DNA of 64,000 nucleotides from Tubulanus polymorphus (lineage: Eukaryota > Animalia > Nemertea): assembly GCF_964204645.1 (NCBI RefSeq), contig NC_134028.1:9486001-9550000 (forward strand), written 5' to 3'. The stretch's first letter is position 1. Every line of letters starts with the position of its first letter. Shown piece by piece: positions 46,033-58,312 of this stretch. The notes beneath the pieces were generated by a model that did not search any database, was not told where the DNA came from, and saw only the letters and a list, made by a program, of their open reading frames with translations. The position numbers and the translations under genes are program-made.

Positions 46033-46362
46033 AAACCAAAAGTTTTGAATTCTCGCGCGAGAAAACCAAACTTTTTGAATTCTCGCGCAAGAAAACCAAA
46101 CTTTTTGAATTCGCGTGCGAGAAAATCAAAACGTTTAGTTTTCTCGCGCGAGAAAACCGAACTTTTTGAATTCTCGCGCGAGAAAACCAAACTTTTTGAA
46201 TTCTCGTGCGAGAAAACCAAAATGTTTTGTTTTCTCGCGCGAGAGAACCAAAAGTTTTGAATTCTCGCGCGAGAAAACCAAAAAGGGCCACTGTGATAAT
46301 TCTTTTATCGTTGCTCTAGCCGTACAGAAAATTTTTTTAGTATGGCCCGAATCAGCCACCAT
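46033..46362. repeat. Minisatellite (8 x 30-31 bp) within a one-ended MITE
   Basis: Unit aaactttttgaattctcgcgcgagaaaacc, followed by a right end ...ttagtatggcccgaatcagccaccata shared with the 51932-52127 element. Confidence 0.9.
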
Positions 46363-47647
46363 ACGTATCGTAGAATGGCAGACAAATATCTCTTATTAGC
46401 CATAGTTGATTTACGATATGAGTTCAACGATGTCAAGTTAATAGCGTCACTAAGAGATTGCTATGTATTTGAAAAATCGTTACTTCATAAATTCCATCGG
46501 CCAGTTTATCTAATCACAATAGTAAATATTCTCAAAGTTATTCGGATACTCTAACATACACTCTCCAGGGCCGTACCTAGCATTTGAATTTTCTTGGAGG
46601 GGGTGGCCGAAAAAGGGCAGTTCAATAGGAAAGCATCATGTCCCCTGCTTAATGAATTGTGGTACCGCCAGTTCTCTAAGAGTGCTGCGAGCAAATCGGG
46701 CGATGCCAGATTTGCAGCTCCCCTAGTATGCTTTGGGCTTTACAGACCTGCTGCCCATTCCAATGTTGCAATATCAAGTTGATCGAAAAGATTTACGTTG
46801 ACAAGACACCTACCGGTGGTCCTAACTAGTCCAACTAACTGAATTAGTAGTCGGTATTTTGCTTCATGTAAGAAGAGATTTGCTGAATCTCTTCTTGCAT
46901 GGTTCGTAGTGTGACGACATTATATTTTCGATATCATCGTAATCGCAGCTCAGAATAGATTGTACAAAGTGTCTCGGTGGTGAAATAGTGGACGATTATC
47001 TCTAATTAGCCATAGTTGATTTATGATATGAGTTTACGATACCGAGCTTAAGTAGCGTCATTAGGAGATTGTTACGTATGATTTATTCCTAAAACCGACG
47101 AACTGCGTATCTTCCACGAGCATTCGTTTTAAACCAATATTGACACACGCACCAGGAAGTGTTGATAAGTCTTTCTTAATTAGTCAATAAGTCCTTCTTA
47201 TACTTAGTTTTATCATAGCATCGAATATATGAAACGACCTGTAACACTGTCGGCTTTGCTCATTTACATCGATGGTCACCTAATCAATCGTTGGTGGCTT
47301 ATTGATATATCGGATAAAGCTTAAAACCAACCAAATTGTTACTGAAGTTTATTTCCTTTCAAAATACGCAAGTAGCTGCAATGATAGCCTAGCCCTTTTC
47401 TCAATCAAAAATCATACGAATTTACGTATTTCGATTTATAGTACGCGGACCTTCGTTACATATCAGGGCGTTTAGCAACCACATAGAAATGGCTACACAA
47501 AAGTGTGTGGCCTGACGGTTTGTCAGTAAAATTCAGAAAGACTCTTAACTTGTGGGCACATTCAGATTTCTATCCCCTTTTAAAGAGCTGGTGTGAATGG
47601 ACGAGTAAACCAATATTGTGCGTTAATAGACAAGTTTGCAAACCGAA

Positions 47648-48570
47648 TCACATATGCATCTCAGCTTGTTGGTTCATATCCTGTTGACTAGCAGATGTTG
47701 GAGTGCCGATGTTTTTAAGTTCTGTATTCTGGGTGACAGTTGTAGCGACGGTATTCGTGCTAGGACTTTGAACAATGCCAGGCGAAACGATATCGGTTTC
47801 ACTGGACGCTTGCGAAATGCTCCCTCCCCTGCCGGAGACCCCGCCTGTATCTGTACGGGATAAGCTTTTCTTCGGAACTGAGATGAAGCAGGCCATACAC
47901 GGGAATTCTTTCACCAGGGCGATTTTATATTTAGGATGGCTGATGGCGTACACTATTGGGTTATAAACAGCACTGGTTTTAGCGAATAGAACGGGTATTT
48001 GCGCCACATACGGACCCAGTAGAGCTGAATCACCGATCAAACCCATCAAGGCTACTGTTGCGTATGGACCCCATGATAGGACATAGAGGGCCACGAGTAC
48101 AGCCGAGATTTTAGCTGCTTGGATATCAGATTTTTTATCTTTACCAGAGCGCATATCTTTGGCGTTCATGGCTTTGGCCATTTTAACCATTTCCCTCTCG
48201 TGCTGTCTGACGGCGAGAACGATTTTTACATAGCAGAAAATGATGGTCATCATCGGGAATGCGAAACCGAAAAGATACAATCCTATGTTGAAAATGATAT
48301 TGGAAAGCGAACGGGTCAGGTAGTCGAAGGTACAGCTACTTTGAAAACCTTCCGGGATGTAGGCTCCGAACCCGAACAGTGGTAAACCTGCCCATATTGT
48401 CGACCAAATACACGAGAATACTATCATGATAAACGCTCTTTTCTTCGTCATTCGTTTCAATGCGTCAAAAGGCGTCGCGATTACGAAATATCTGTCTAAA
48501 GCTATGAGCGCCATAGTGTTGATCGATAACAACCCGAATATACCGCCAAACAATCCGTATATCTCGCAAG
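47648..48570 (-). CDS. Rhabdomeric opsin, coding exon 3 (TM3-TM7, C-tail)
   Basis: Contains CEIYG (Tyr at the bovine-113 equivalent), DRY, YIPEGFQSSCTFDY (Glu181-equivalent counterion), the retinal-binding Lys in FAKTSAVYNPIVY and the r-opsin HPKY motif. Acceptor tatttccag| at 48572-48571. Total CDS 1323 nt = 440 aa. Confidence 0.97.
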
Positions 48571-50059
48571 CTGGAAATAGACGAAATAGAGCATTTATTA
48601 ACCTGTTCCTCGTAATGTTTCTTGCAAGTTGTTTCTGTGTTCTTGCTTCGTATTCCTATGGTATTTCATCAATTTTATATCTAGCATTAAGGTAACCTCT
48701 TACCTCTTCGCCGTGATTTTATAGTATAGCGTTATATAAAGAAATGGAATATTATCACTATTGTTATTATTATTACTAAAAAAAATGAATTAGTCAAACA
48801 ATGTAAGTCTACCATTTTACAATTGTATACCAATTTTTGTATGCCGATAAACTGTAACAGTAGAAAAACGAGAGTGAGAAAGTATGAATGTGAGTGTGAG
48901 AGTGAAGAGTGTATTTGGGTACCTGTTGCTACAAATAAAAGCTTTTAACAGGTTCACCCAGCTAATATATATGTTAGAAAATTATGTAAGCACTTCTTTA
49001 TTAACCCATGTTTATTAGCTGAATAAAGAACAATAATACAATAATACAATATAATAATAAAGAATATCAAAAATTATTGATAATGTATCAAATTGACACG
49101 ACTCTTTAGACTCGTAACGTGTATATTTTTCTAATCGTTAGCAAAACTGTTTGTTTCCATTCTCTTTAATATCTATTCTATATTTAATGCTTTGTCGCTC
49201 GTTCATACTATTTTTCTCCTGACTTTTCATTTCTTTAATAGACCAATGAAAGACGTGCGGCCAGGGTTTGTGCTGGTGCGAACTTCGGCGGTAGGCAACC
49301 AAGCCCTGGCAAGCAAGTATGGGGTAATATTATGTGAATCGATGAGATCATCGATCTTAGCGTTCCCAAAATAACAATTTCAATTGTTAAAATTGGCGTT
49401 TAATTTGAAATGGATTTATTTTCACGCTTTTTTCCAAGGTGTCAATTAACTTTCGAGATAGTTTTCTTGTTAGATATTTACTTCAGAGGGGATGAAAATC
49501 TTGATGGGTAAACGTTTGAGACATATCGTGACCCAACAGATATTCGTACTTGTAATATGACTGTGTACTTTTACCTTTGCGTGTTACTTGTCAGTCGCAA
49601 AGCCTGATGGCGTGACAAGCGACAATACGTAGTCGAGGACACTATACCGGTCTCTTATATCGTTACTGTGATTACGCGATAAAAAAGCCATGTTACCATG
49701 ACAACAACAAAAATTTTAGGACATATAATATCACCGAACCCCTTGCAGACTGATTGCTTGATTCGATCGATCGATTAGCGGTAAATTGATTTCTATAGAT
49801 TGGAAATAATTTGAAAAATCAAGCAGGCTAGAGGAAACATGGTGAGGTCATTATATGGTAGCAGATAGCGTAGATATCTTGATAGGCAAATTAAGGGCGA
49901 TAAAACGCCTGAACGCCCAAACGAGAAGAAAAAAGAACGCAAAATCGTTTTAAGCAGAATCGGTTTAGTGACCCCCATCAGAAGAAATTTCGGAATTCAG
50001 TTTTGGCGACAACGCTTAAACGATAGGTTAAAGTATAACAAAAGTTCTACACCCGGTAG

Positions 50060-50286
50060 TTAAGATATAAATCCCACAATCACGAAATCAAAAAGTTATT
50101 TAGAAATATCGAAACTTTAAAATTTATTGAAAACCCGAATTTTCGGTTTTACGCTAATCAAAAACCATTCCTTGATAATGGTTTTTGATTAGCGTAAAAC
50201 CGAAAATTCAGGTTTTCAATAAATTTTAAAGTTTCGATATTTTCAAATAAATTTTTGATCTCGTAACTGTCGGATTTATATTTTAA
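50060..50286. repeat. Long hairpin (~110-bp arms, 7-nt loop) in opsin intron 2
   Basis: 50104-50169 pairs with 50177-50242 with a single mismatch; the outer arms pair with several mismatches. Confidence 0.92.
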
Positions 50287-50918
50287 ACGTCTCTCACGAT
50301 TCATTGCGTAGTTTTACCTAGTTTTACACCCGGTTTCACCCCGAAAGGTTCAACTCAGGGCCCAGTTTCACATACGTATTAAGGCCTAAATCGATTTTAA
50401 GATCGCCGGAATTAATGAAGAAATTAAATCGATTTAAGAGTTAAACTTTTTTGTGAAAATGGGTCCTTCAGATCTTTGGTTAAATTGCCATTGGCAACTT
50501 CATGTTTTCATGTTTTCAATGTGGTAACAATTTTAACCTACTGTCTGTCACGCGTCCCCTGCGCGCGACGTTTCGATCCGTAATAATCAGTTGATCTGAC
50601 TTTATTTTCATTATCCATCAGTTGGATTATGCTTTCGGATTTAAACTGTGAATTGGCATAGACTAGTTTCTGGTTTCATCTATCAGCGATTGTATACCTA
50701 CAATATGCTCGCGTAATGCTGAAAAATGGCCCCCACGGTCCGTAATGTGGCACCGCCTCCTGAATTATGTTTTGCAAATTGATATGCGATGACTTCATAG
50801 CATCGTCCCCGAGCGTCCGTGGAGCAGTTTTTTGAGCGTGAGTAAACAATCGGTGATAAATGAAAAAGAAAGCAACTGAAGGAAAAGACGTCTGTTATTT
50901 CTGAATGCAAAATTCTAA

Positions 50919-51510
50919 AGCCGGGCGTAGGTCGTCCTTGCGACGCGACGCGATCGTCGCTGGCGGTCACAGTGAGTCGCGTCGCAGTGAGTCGCAAGCC
51001 GTCGCAAGGCCGACCTATGCCCGGCTTTACTGTCTGGGGGCGTAAGTCGGTTACGATGCGATTATCGGCGACTGTGTGCGACTAGTTTTTCAGTCGCAAG
51101 AGCGTGTAGGTCGGTTGCGACGGTCGCGTCGCGTAGCAGAAAGTAGAACATGTCCGACTCATTGCGACCGTGTCGTCGCTGGCAGTCCCAACCCGTTGCT
51201 GGCAGTCGCAAGGTGGCGTAGGTCACAAGGCTCACCTTCGCCCGTCTTAAAGCTCGCCGCACACGGTATAACATTTTGTTTTAGCACAAACAGAAAACAC
51301 GTTTTTCACAAAGCGTGAATTATTTTAAAAGCGTGCTCAACGCGCAGAAAACATTTCTTGCACCATGGAATCCATGGAATCCACAATAAACACAGTTATT
51401 CACATCAATTTTTGAATATACGTCATGTGACGCAGCGACTGATTGGTTACTCGGCCGTGTTTTGCAAAACGCAAAACATCCTACGCACACGGGACAAAAA
51501 ACGTTTTAAC
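50919..51510. mobile_element. Cluster of three near-abutting Harbinger-like MITEs
   Basis: 50919-51026 has TIRs agccgggcgtaggtcg / cgacctatgcccggct with TAA/TTA flanks. A degenerate same-family copy lies at ~51036-51249, and a 40376-type copy starts at ~51250. Confidence 0.7.
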
Positions 51511-51931
51511 TGGACCCAGGACCCGGTGTCACAGTTGTGAGTTATGATCTTGGAGTAGATTGGTTGAAAATTAACTACATTTTCAATCAGTGAGGAACTG
51601 GGTCCTGAAAACTATTCAGGCGAATTTATCGAAACGTACCTAATTCTGGGTACAGTACTTTACGAGTATAGGGTACTCAAGTCTGGGTATCCTTTGGGGA
51701 TGAATGAGTTTTGTTGATTCTCATTGCAACAAATATGGCCGAACTGCAAATGAGTGTGGCCGCAATTTTCTTTTCTCGGGTATGCTCTTGAGCATGGTAA
51801 GGCAAGTGCCTTACCCGAAATTGAGTATACCCTTGGATAAATGTGCCGAGAACCATACTTCAAAACGAGTACATGCGTCGATAAATGCGCACTTACTCAC
51901 ACCTGAGTATGTTTCGATAAATTCGCCATGC

Positions 51932-52127
51932 TATGGTGGCTGATTCGGGCTTGACTAAAAGAAATTTTCTATACGGCTAGACCAACGATAAAATTGATTT
52001 TCACATCGGCCCGTTTTTTTTGGTTTTCGCGCACGAGAAAACCGAAAAACTGGCCAATGTGAAAATTTTTTAATCGTTGCTCTAGCACTAATCAAATGTT
52101 TTAGTATGGCCCGAATCAGCCACCATA
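51932..52127. mobile_element. Complete palindromic MITE
   Basis: TIRs tatggtggctgattcgggc / gcccgaatcagccaccata around a single central ggttttcgcgcacgagaaaacc palindrome. Confidence 0.8.
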
Positions 52128-52184
52128 CCATGCCGATTCTAAGGTCCACATAATGTGAACGTATGCAACCTGGCGAATACTTAC

Positions 52185-52321
52185 TTTTCATACCGAACGT
52201 CCATCGTCTTTGGAAGGCGGATAAAGTAAACAATGGAAATCCATTAACTGCTGAGAAAGTTGTATCCGATAACGCTAAACATATCACAAACATATTCGGC
52301 GGGGTCCGCAAAGTTTTTGTC
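52185..52321 (-). CDS. Rhabdomeric opsin, coding exon 2 (ICL1, TM2, ECL1)
   Basis: Encodes TKTLRTPPNMFVICLALSDTTFSAVNGFPLFTLSAFQRRWTFGMK. Acceptor ttgtcag| at 52323-52322 and donor A|GTAAGT at 52184; phases 2 and 1 fit the flanking exons. Confidence 0.95.
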
Positions 52322-52485
52322 CTGACAATAGATAATTCAAACCGATTGTTATAGTAAACCGAACATCAGATATCATTAATATCACACATTTTCTATCACA
52401 TAATACGTACACACTTACACTATGAAACTGACGAATAAACTGATAAAATGTACGTACACGTACGGAAGCGTCCTTGGGACATATC

Positions 52486-52677
52486 TATCTTGAAACAATT
52501 TTTCGAGGTAAATTCAGAGTTTTTAACTCGGAATAAACTAGTTTCCTTCAATTAAAAGTGATATTTCTAGGTTTCCGAGGTTTTTAGAAATTGCTTATAA
52601 TTTGATTTAAAAAAAAAACTAGTTTATTCGGAGTAACAAACGCGGAATTTACCTCAAAATTATTTTTGAAATTGATA
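52486..52677. repeat. Imperfect hairpin/MITE in opsin intron 1
   Basis: gaggtaaattc..actcggaataaactagttt pairs with aaactagtttattcggagt..gaatttacctc. Confidence 0.7.
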
Positions 52678-55507
52678 CAATGATATACGATATATTTGAC
52701 AAATAACATCATGTACGGGGCTTGAACTTAGTCCCAGGTTTGATCAACCTTATCTATGTAATGAGAATGAAGCTTACATTAAGATATCAATTGCTCGTTC
52801 ATAATGGAATATATATTTTATGCAATGACAAAAGAACATACATTAAACGCTGTTGTTGTTCGTTGAATATTTCAAGTGGCCGATCTAATTGAGAGAGAAA
52901 CTGCAGTTTTCTCTCAAATTCAACACACACTGTCATTTTCTACTTTCAATTATTGAAGTAGGAATTTCTTCAACACGTTAGGACTACTTTTTACGCTTTT
53001 CTTGTTAAAGTTGCTAATTGGGTTAGCTTCGCCGGTATACATGTCTATATAAGAAATGTCTATATAAGAAATTCAGAAAAAAAAATGAATCATCTCGTGG
53101 CAACAAAGACAAATTGTTTATGTAGAGTATCAGATCTTATCGCTTTGGTTTCTATGCTTTGACATTGTTCAATATCGAAGGGGATTTAACATGTGTAGGC
53201 AAGAACTTCATACAACAAAATGGCCTCAATGGTTTCACATCGTCACTGATCTCAGAATATTCAAAACGCGTTCAAAATACTCTAGAATTGCCATCAAAAT
53301 TCTAAATTCTTCTTTAAAATCATGTATGAATTATGATTTTTGATGGAATGTTAATATCTAATCAAAACTTTTGCTGCAAAATAGCGTAAAAGTGACCTAG
53401 AAACTGAAAACATTGAACTGCTAAATGCTGGCAAGAAATTCTAAGATCGAGTACACGATGAACTTCAAGTTATGTTCTCGCTTGCGTTTGTATTTTTCTT
53501 GTCTACTTTTAATTCCTAATGTCTTCCTGTCGTGTTTACGCTGGCGCAGCAAAACTAAACAAACAACGAAATCGGATTTTCCATGGCGGGTAAAATTTGA
53601 TGTTGATTTCAGGAGCGATGTTATATAAAGATCTTCGGTCCTGCTTCCTATAGCATACCAATATACCTTATGATGAGAAATAATTTTTAAAAAGTTTTTA
53701 GATACACTACCAGTACCACCACCACTGCCATCATCCACAATAACAAAAACAACAACCAACTATTTACCACCGACAACAACACTATCACCACCACCAACCA
53801 CCATCACCACGATCATCACCACCTTCTCAAGCATCACCAGCCACGAAGAACATTCGCCGCTTCGCTGGGCATAAATAAGGGTTTTCTAAGTATTGGAAGG
53901 AGCCCGGCCTGTGTTTCTTATTTAGAGCTTGATCACATCAAGATCACAACAAGAAGACTGAAGTCAGTCCATTTTAGGTACCCGGGGATACACAGTGACA
54001 AATCAAACAATTTATTGGTTTCGTCAGAGTAACCAGAGAGCAATTTGCCAAAATTTTCTTTTATATTGGTGCGAGTTTACATTTACCCTAAAACAACGAA
54101 TAGCACGAAGGGAAATTTTTAGAATGGATTTGTATTGCATCTACGCATTGATACGCGAACGTAGAAAATCACCCCATTGAGCGATTCGGTAAACGGATGA
54201 CACTGGCTTGAGTGAACACGCAATTGAGAAAAAAAATCTCGCTAATTCTTGAAGCTTTGCTGTTGGCGAAGCGGATGATAGACAATGTGAACGTGCCTTC
54301 AATGGTATGTCTTTGTGCAAGGCCACTAATCAAACTACACAACTGATAAAAACGATATAGCACTGTAGGCCCTCGCTAAGGTAAGTAACTCGCTATGCGA
54401 TTAACTGTGACAGAGATATAAAATCCGATTAATGAAACCCCAACATATCATCCTTAAAATCGATATCTTAAAAGATCATATCAAGTCAATAGATCATTGG
54501 CAATATTATGGACGCGCGCGCTGTAAACGGAGTAACGTGGCACAGCGCATGCGTAATACACAACCAATGACGGGATTGCCAGATTTGATCATGATCAGAC
54601 GTTGCCATGCCTGGCAATCCAGATTGCTGTTGGCGAGTAAGTTTAGATTAAAATTACGAAGTCTATGTATAAACCATATACGGTATGGACCTGGCTCCTA
54701 TTTTGCTGAGCCTACAGGCGTGTGGTGGGCTTTGGAAGACGATGTTTCAATCATTTCATACGCATTGAAATCATCAAAACTATGGAATTTTTACTATTCA
54801 ATGTTGCGGTGTTAGGTCTAAGAAAAGAAGATGGAACAAGAAAATCCTCTAACGATTCTAATGATTCTAAAACAGATAAAGATTCTAAAGCGTAACGAAC
54901 TTTCAGCAGGAAAATGGAGAAAGTGACCTAAATTTTAGAACGTAGAATACCCACATTTCATTCACATCTGATGATAATCTCATTAGCGAGTGTCCAGAAT
55001 TTCGTCGTATCACTTTAAATTCATTGGTTTCAATCATTGATACAATTCGGTTCGATAACTATGATTTTTTCTTAGTTCAATGAAGTGGGCTTTTTGAAAT
55101 ATTATTACATTTTGTCTGCGTTTAATAACGAGCGGTAAATTCATTTCAAGCGGTCAATTCATTTCAAGTAGTTTCAGCGGGTATTTCAATTCAATTATAA
55201 TATTTTTCTGTTCATATAAATCGGGCATTTTTTAAACGTTTTACATTTTTTCTTCAAGCAATCAAAGTTTTTTCTCGAATTACGAATTTACTAATTTACT
55301 GCATGCGTAGGTAGTTTCCAGTTTATATTCTACGTAATTCATTGGTATCATTCATTGATAATGTTTGGTTTGATAGTTTTTTTTTCTAATTTCATTAAGT
55401 GGGCATTTTTACATTTTGTGTGCGAGCAATCGATTCTTTTTCTCAACGGATTTGCTAATTTACTGCATAGGAAGTTTCAGTGGATATTCTGTTCTTTTTA
55501 TACTCAC

Positions 55508-55770
55508 TTGCAGAATACAAACACTACGAGCATATTACCAATAACGCCGATGATTCCGATTATACCGATATAAATTCCTACCAGGTAGAAATGTAAATCT
55601 GGAATGCCCGGTATGTCGAATTGTCTCCAATGTGGGTGGATATACATGTCATCGTAAACCCACCATTTAGTCGTGTTATCTTCGGGTGTCGTACAAATTC
55701 CGGAAGTGGTGATCGGGTCTGCCGATGATGTCAAGATCGACGTACTCGGCGGCGGCTCTGAGGTTGACAT
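55508..55770 (-). CDS. Rhabdomeric (Gq-coupled) opsin, coding exon 1 (N-terminus, TM1)
   Basis: WWVYDDMYIHPHWRQFD resembles the cephalopod rhodopsin N-terminus; TM1 reads GIIGVIGNMLVVFVF. Donor AA|GTGAGT at 55507. An acceptor (tttttcttttctag) lies just upstream of the ATG, AG at 55778-55777, implying a non-coding 5' exon. Confidence 0.93.
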
Positions 55771-56830
55771 GATTTACTAGAAAAGAAAAATGGCTAATTA
55801 GTCAGCAACATTTATCTAAGATATTAAAAAATCGATATCATAGAAGATTTTGTTTGATTTGTTTACATTTGGCGTCTCTTACAAACCCACCACACCTGCC
55901 CGGAGCGAAACAGGGAGTTCGATTTTGAAATCAGAAATCGAAGTACAGATATAGTTGTATGATCGGCGGTCAAATTTACATAGTTTTTTGTTTGAACCGA
56001 AGTACATAATTGTAGATTTCGGCTCCGGTTCATTGCGCCGCGACTGATTGAGGTTAATTTTGTTGGCTGCCTAATTTGTTTTGCGTTTGCTTATCTGTTT
56101 TGGTCTCTATTTATCATAGAAGCGCTCCAAAAGTAAATTAATTAACATCGTCTGACAATTCTAAACCCACTAAGCGAGAAAAAAAACGATGGCATTTACC
56201 AGATGGATCCACCAGGGATAAGATTAAAGCCGATTTAAATTGAGACTGTCTCCTCTGAAATAGGATGTCACCTGCAAATGTCTTTAGCAATCATCCTATG
56301 GCTATCTATTTCCGGAAATGCTGTATACGAATCGGCGATCTGTCGTAATCAGATAGCTCCGCAGTCGCATAGATAACCAACTAGTGCCACGACTAATCAG
56401 CCGGAAAAAACTTCTATAAATGTGAGGTGGCCAAGAAGTTTTCATTTCCACGGATGCAACAAACCGATAGATCTACGTATATATGCTATGATAAGTTGTT
56501 AAAGAAAACCGTTGTGGCGTGAGTACTGAAACCCGTGAACTCGTCGAGTTCGGTTCACTGCTCCTTTCCTGATTAAAATCATTATCACATCGAGCTTACA
56601 TTTCAAACACACACCCATTAATAACTAACTACAAGCAAAATAAGCTAACTAAAATGCATCTTGCATCTTTGATAAGACAACGGTACCACGTGTGCGGATT
56701 ATGTCATCATTTTAGACTGGAGTGTCAATTTTTCAACGATATTAGGAATTCATTAATGAATTATACCTTATACATAAAGAATTGGTAAAAATCGTGGTAA
56801 AATTCAATCAATTGCGTGACAAAACAATGA

Positions 56831-57068
56831 ATACCTTATCCTCATTGCCTCTCTCCACCCAGGAGTAAATGGGTACTTGGCCTGATAGATGACTCCTGAG
56901 CGTTTGTTAGCAGCTCGGTGTTACTTCTCCCCAGGGAGAGATGACTGATACATGTTAGAGTATAAAATTGGCCGGGGTAATAATATCGAAAAATGTAAAG
57001 CGCTCTAAGCAGCCTGGCTGGATTTAGCGCTATATAAGACACATATTATATTATATATTATATTATAT
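56831..57068 (+). mobile_element. 5'-truncated SINE (Nin/Deu-like central domain, L2-type tail)
   Basis: Core ttgcctctctccacccaggagtaaatgggtac; 3' end tgtaaagcgct...agcgctatataa plus a (TATTA)n-like tail. Family assignment is from recalled consensus, not alignment. Confidence 0.65.
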
Positions 57069-57627
57069 ACCTACAATACAGTTCATCAGCTGTTATATGG
57101 CTACGAAATTGCAAGCCTCGATATTTATTGTGATATCATTTCGTAATGTTTGGAAGAATAATTGCATATCTTTTTGCAGCAATTAACCAAACTTGAAACT
57201 CGAAGCTCGGAAGCCCCACTCACAATAAGGGGCGATTTACCTATTGTGTAGTCGTTGCTTTCTTGAATTGATATGTTGTGAAGACTGGACAGTGCAATAA
57301 CGGTCAATTCTAGTAGCGTAATAGCTTTTTTCTGCGGTGTTTCCGGGACGCCTGATTGTCTGTCAAGGAGCGTCGCATTCTAGGTGATACGTGTGTTACC
57401 CTCTTCCTAGACCATATTTTACGCCATATCGCATGATAAGCCGTGTATGATGCGTCGCGTTTTAATCACGCGGCTTGCAGCCACGAGTAATGACATGAGA
57501 GATTGCAGGGACGCAAAAATATTGCCAAAGGGAGAAGATGCATTTGGACATGTTTATTGTATACGAACCATTGCGGGTAGATGTACACGCCTACTTCGAT
57601 GAGATAAGTTTAAAAAAATCCGAAAAA

Positions 57628-57849
57628 CTATCTATCTATCTATCTATCTATGACACATGATCTACGATCGTAGGTGCACCATGGCAGCCCGCAGCAGTTA
57701 TGCGTGTCCAAGAACCTGTCAGCCATCCGAATAAGCTGTGATGTTGCGAGACCGGTGCACTCTTTGATGCTGTCCATCCGAAACCTTCCCCGCCTTCTTC
57801 CTCCAGCAACAGTGCCTTATAGGTCTTGGCAAGTGAGTTATGCATGTGA
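57628..57849 (-). mobile_element. RTE-clade LINE 3' remnant
   Basis: Frameshifted HNSLAKT...GTVAGGRRRGRF.MDSIKECTGL matches the RTE ORF C-terminal pattern; the element ends in a (TAGA)n tail at 57628-57651. Confidence 0.7.
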
Positions 57850-58084
57850 ACTACCTATGATATAATACCATCGATAGCTCACAATTATTTAACCAGTGAA
57901 GTCAGTACATTTGCATTGCATCAGTTCTTTTTAGTATTTTTTTACATTTCCCTGAAGCTTACGGACTCACTTCCCGATTTCAATTTTCACTGAATGACAG
58001 CTTCATGATGGGGAAGTAAATTGTATCCGAGAGCTGTAAAGATTTCTGTGACAGTGATGTATATCCTAGAAGATTGGAGCGAGG

Positions 58085-58312
58085 GGTTCGTTTTAACGCC
58101 ACAAAAACTAGATTTTTACGCTACGTTAAAATGAACTGTTCATCTTAACGTAGTCTTTTTGGTATTAACGAGGTTTCGTGCCACGTTGAAACCAGTTTTA
58201 ATGCCGCTTTCAAAAGAGCTCTTCAAGAACTGGTTTTAACGTAGCATCTAAACGAAAAGCTGGTTTTAACGTGGCGTTAAAACGATAAGTTGGTTTCAGC
58301 GTGGCGTTTTAA
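58085..58312. repeat. Repeat with tandem palindromic gttttaacg/cgttaaaac units
   Basis: Multiple tggttttaacgt(g/a)gc and cgttaaaa units. Confidence 0.55.

Noticed and set aside
45774-46399. Overlapping ORFs with FLAREFKKFG / NSRARKP repeats; array superficially CRISPR-like
   Set aside because: Head-to-tail minisatellite with no unique spacers and no cas genes, in a eukaryotic context; open frames arise from the 30-bp periodicity.
51955-52184. C-terminal part of the 118-aa ORF after opsin exon 2
   Set aside because: Read-through past the GTAAGT donor into intron/MITE sequence.
53700-53840. ACC/ACA-rich tract giving Val/Gly-rich ORF starts
   Set aside because: Low-complexity trinucleotide repeat within opsin intron 1.
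55780-57600. Opsin promoter / Pax6 or K50 homeodomain sites
   Set aside because: Only scattered TAAT/GGATTA words at chance frequency; the 5' non-coding exon and TSS cannot be located from sequence alone.
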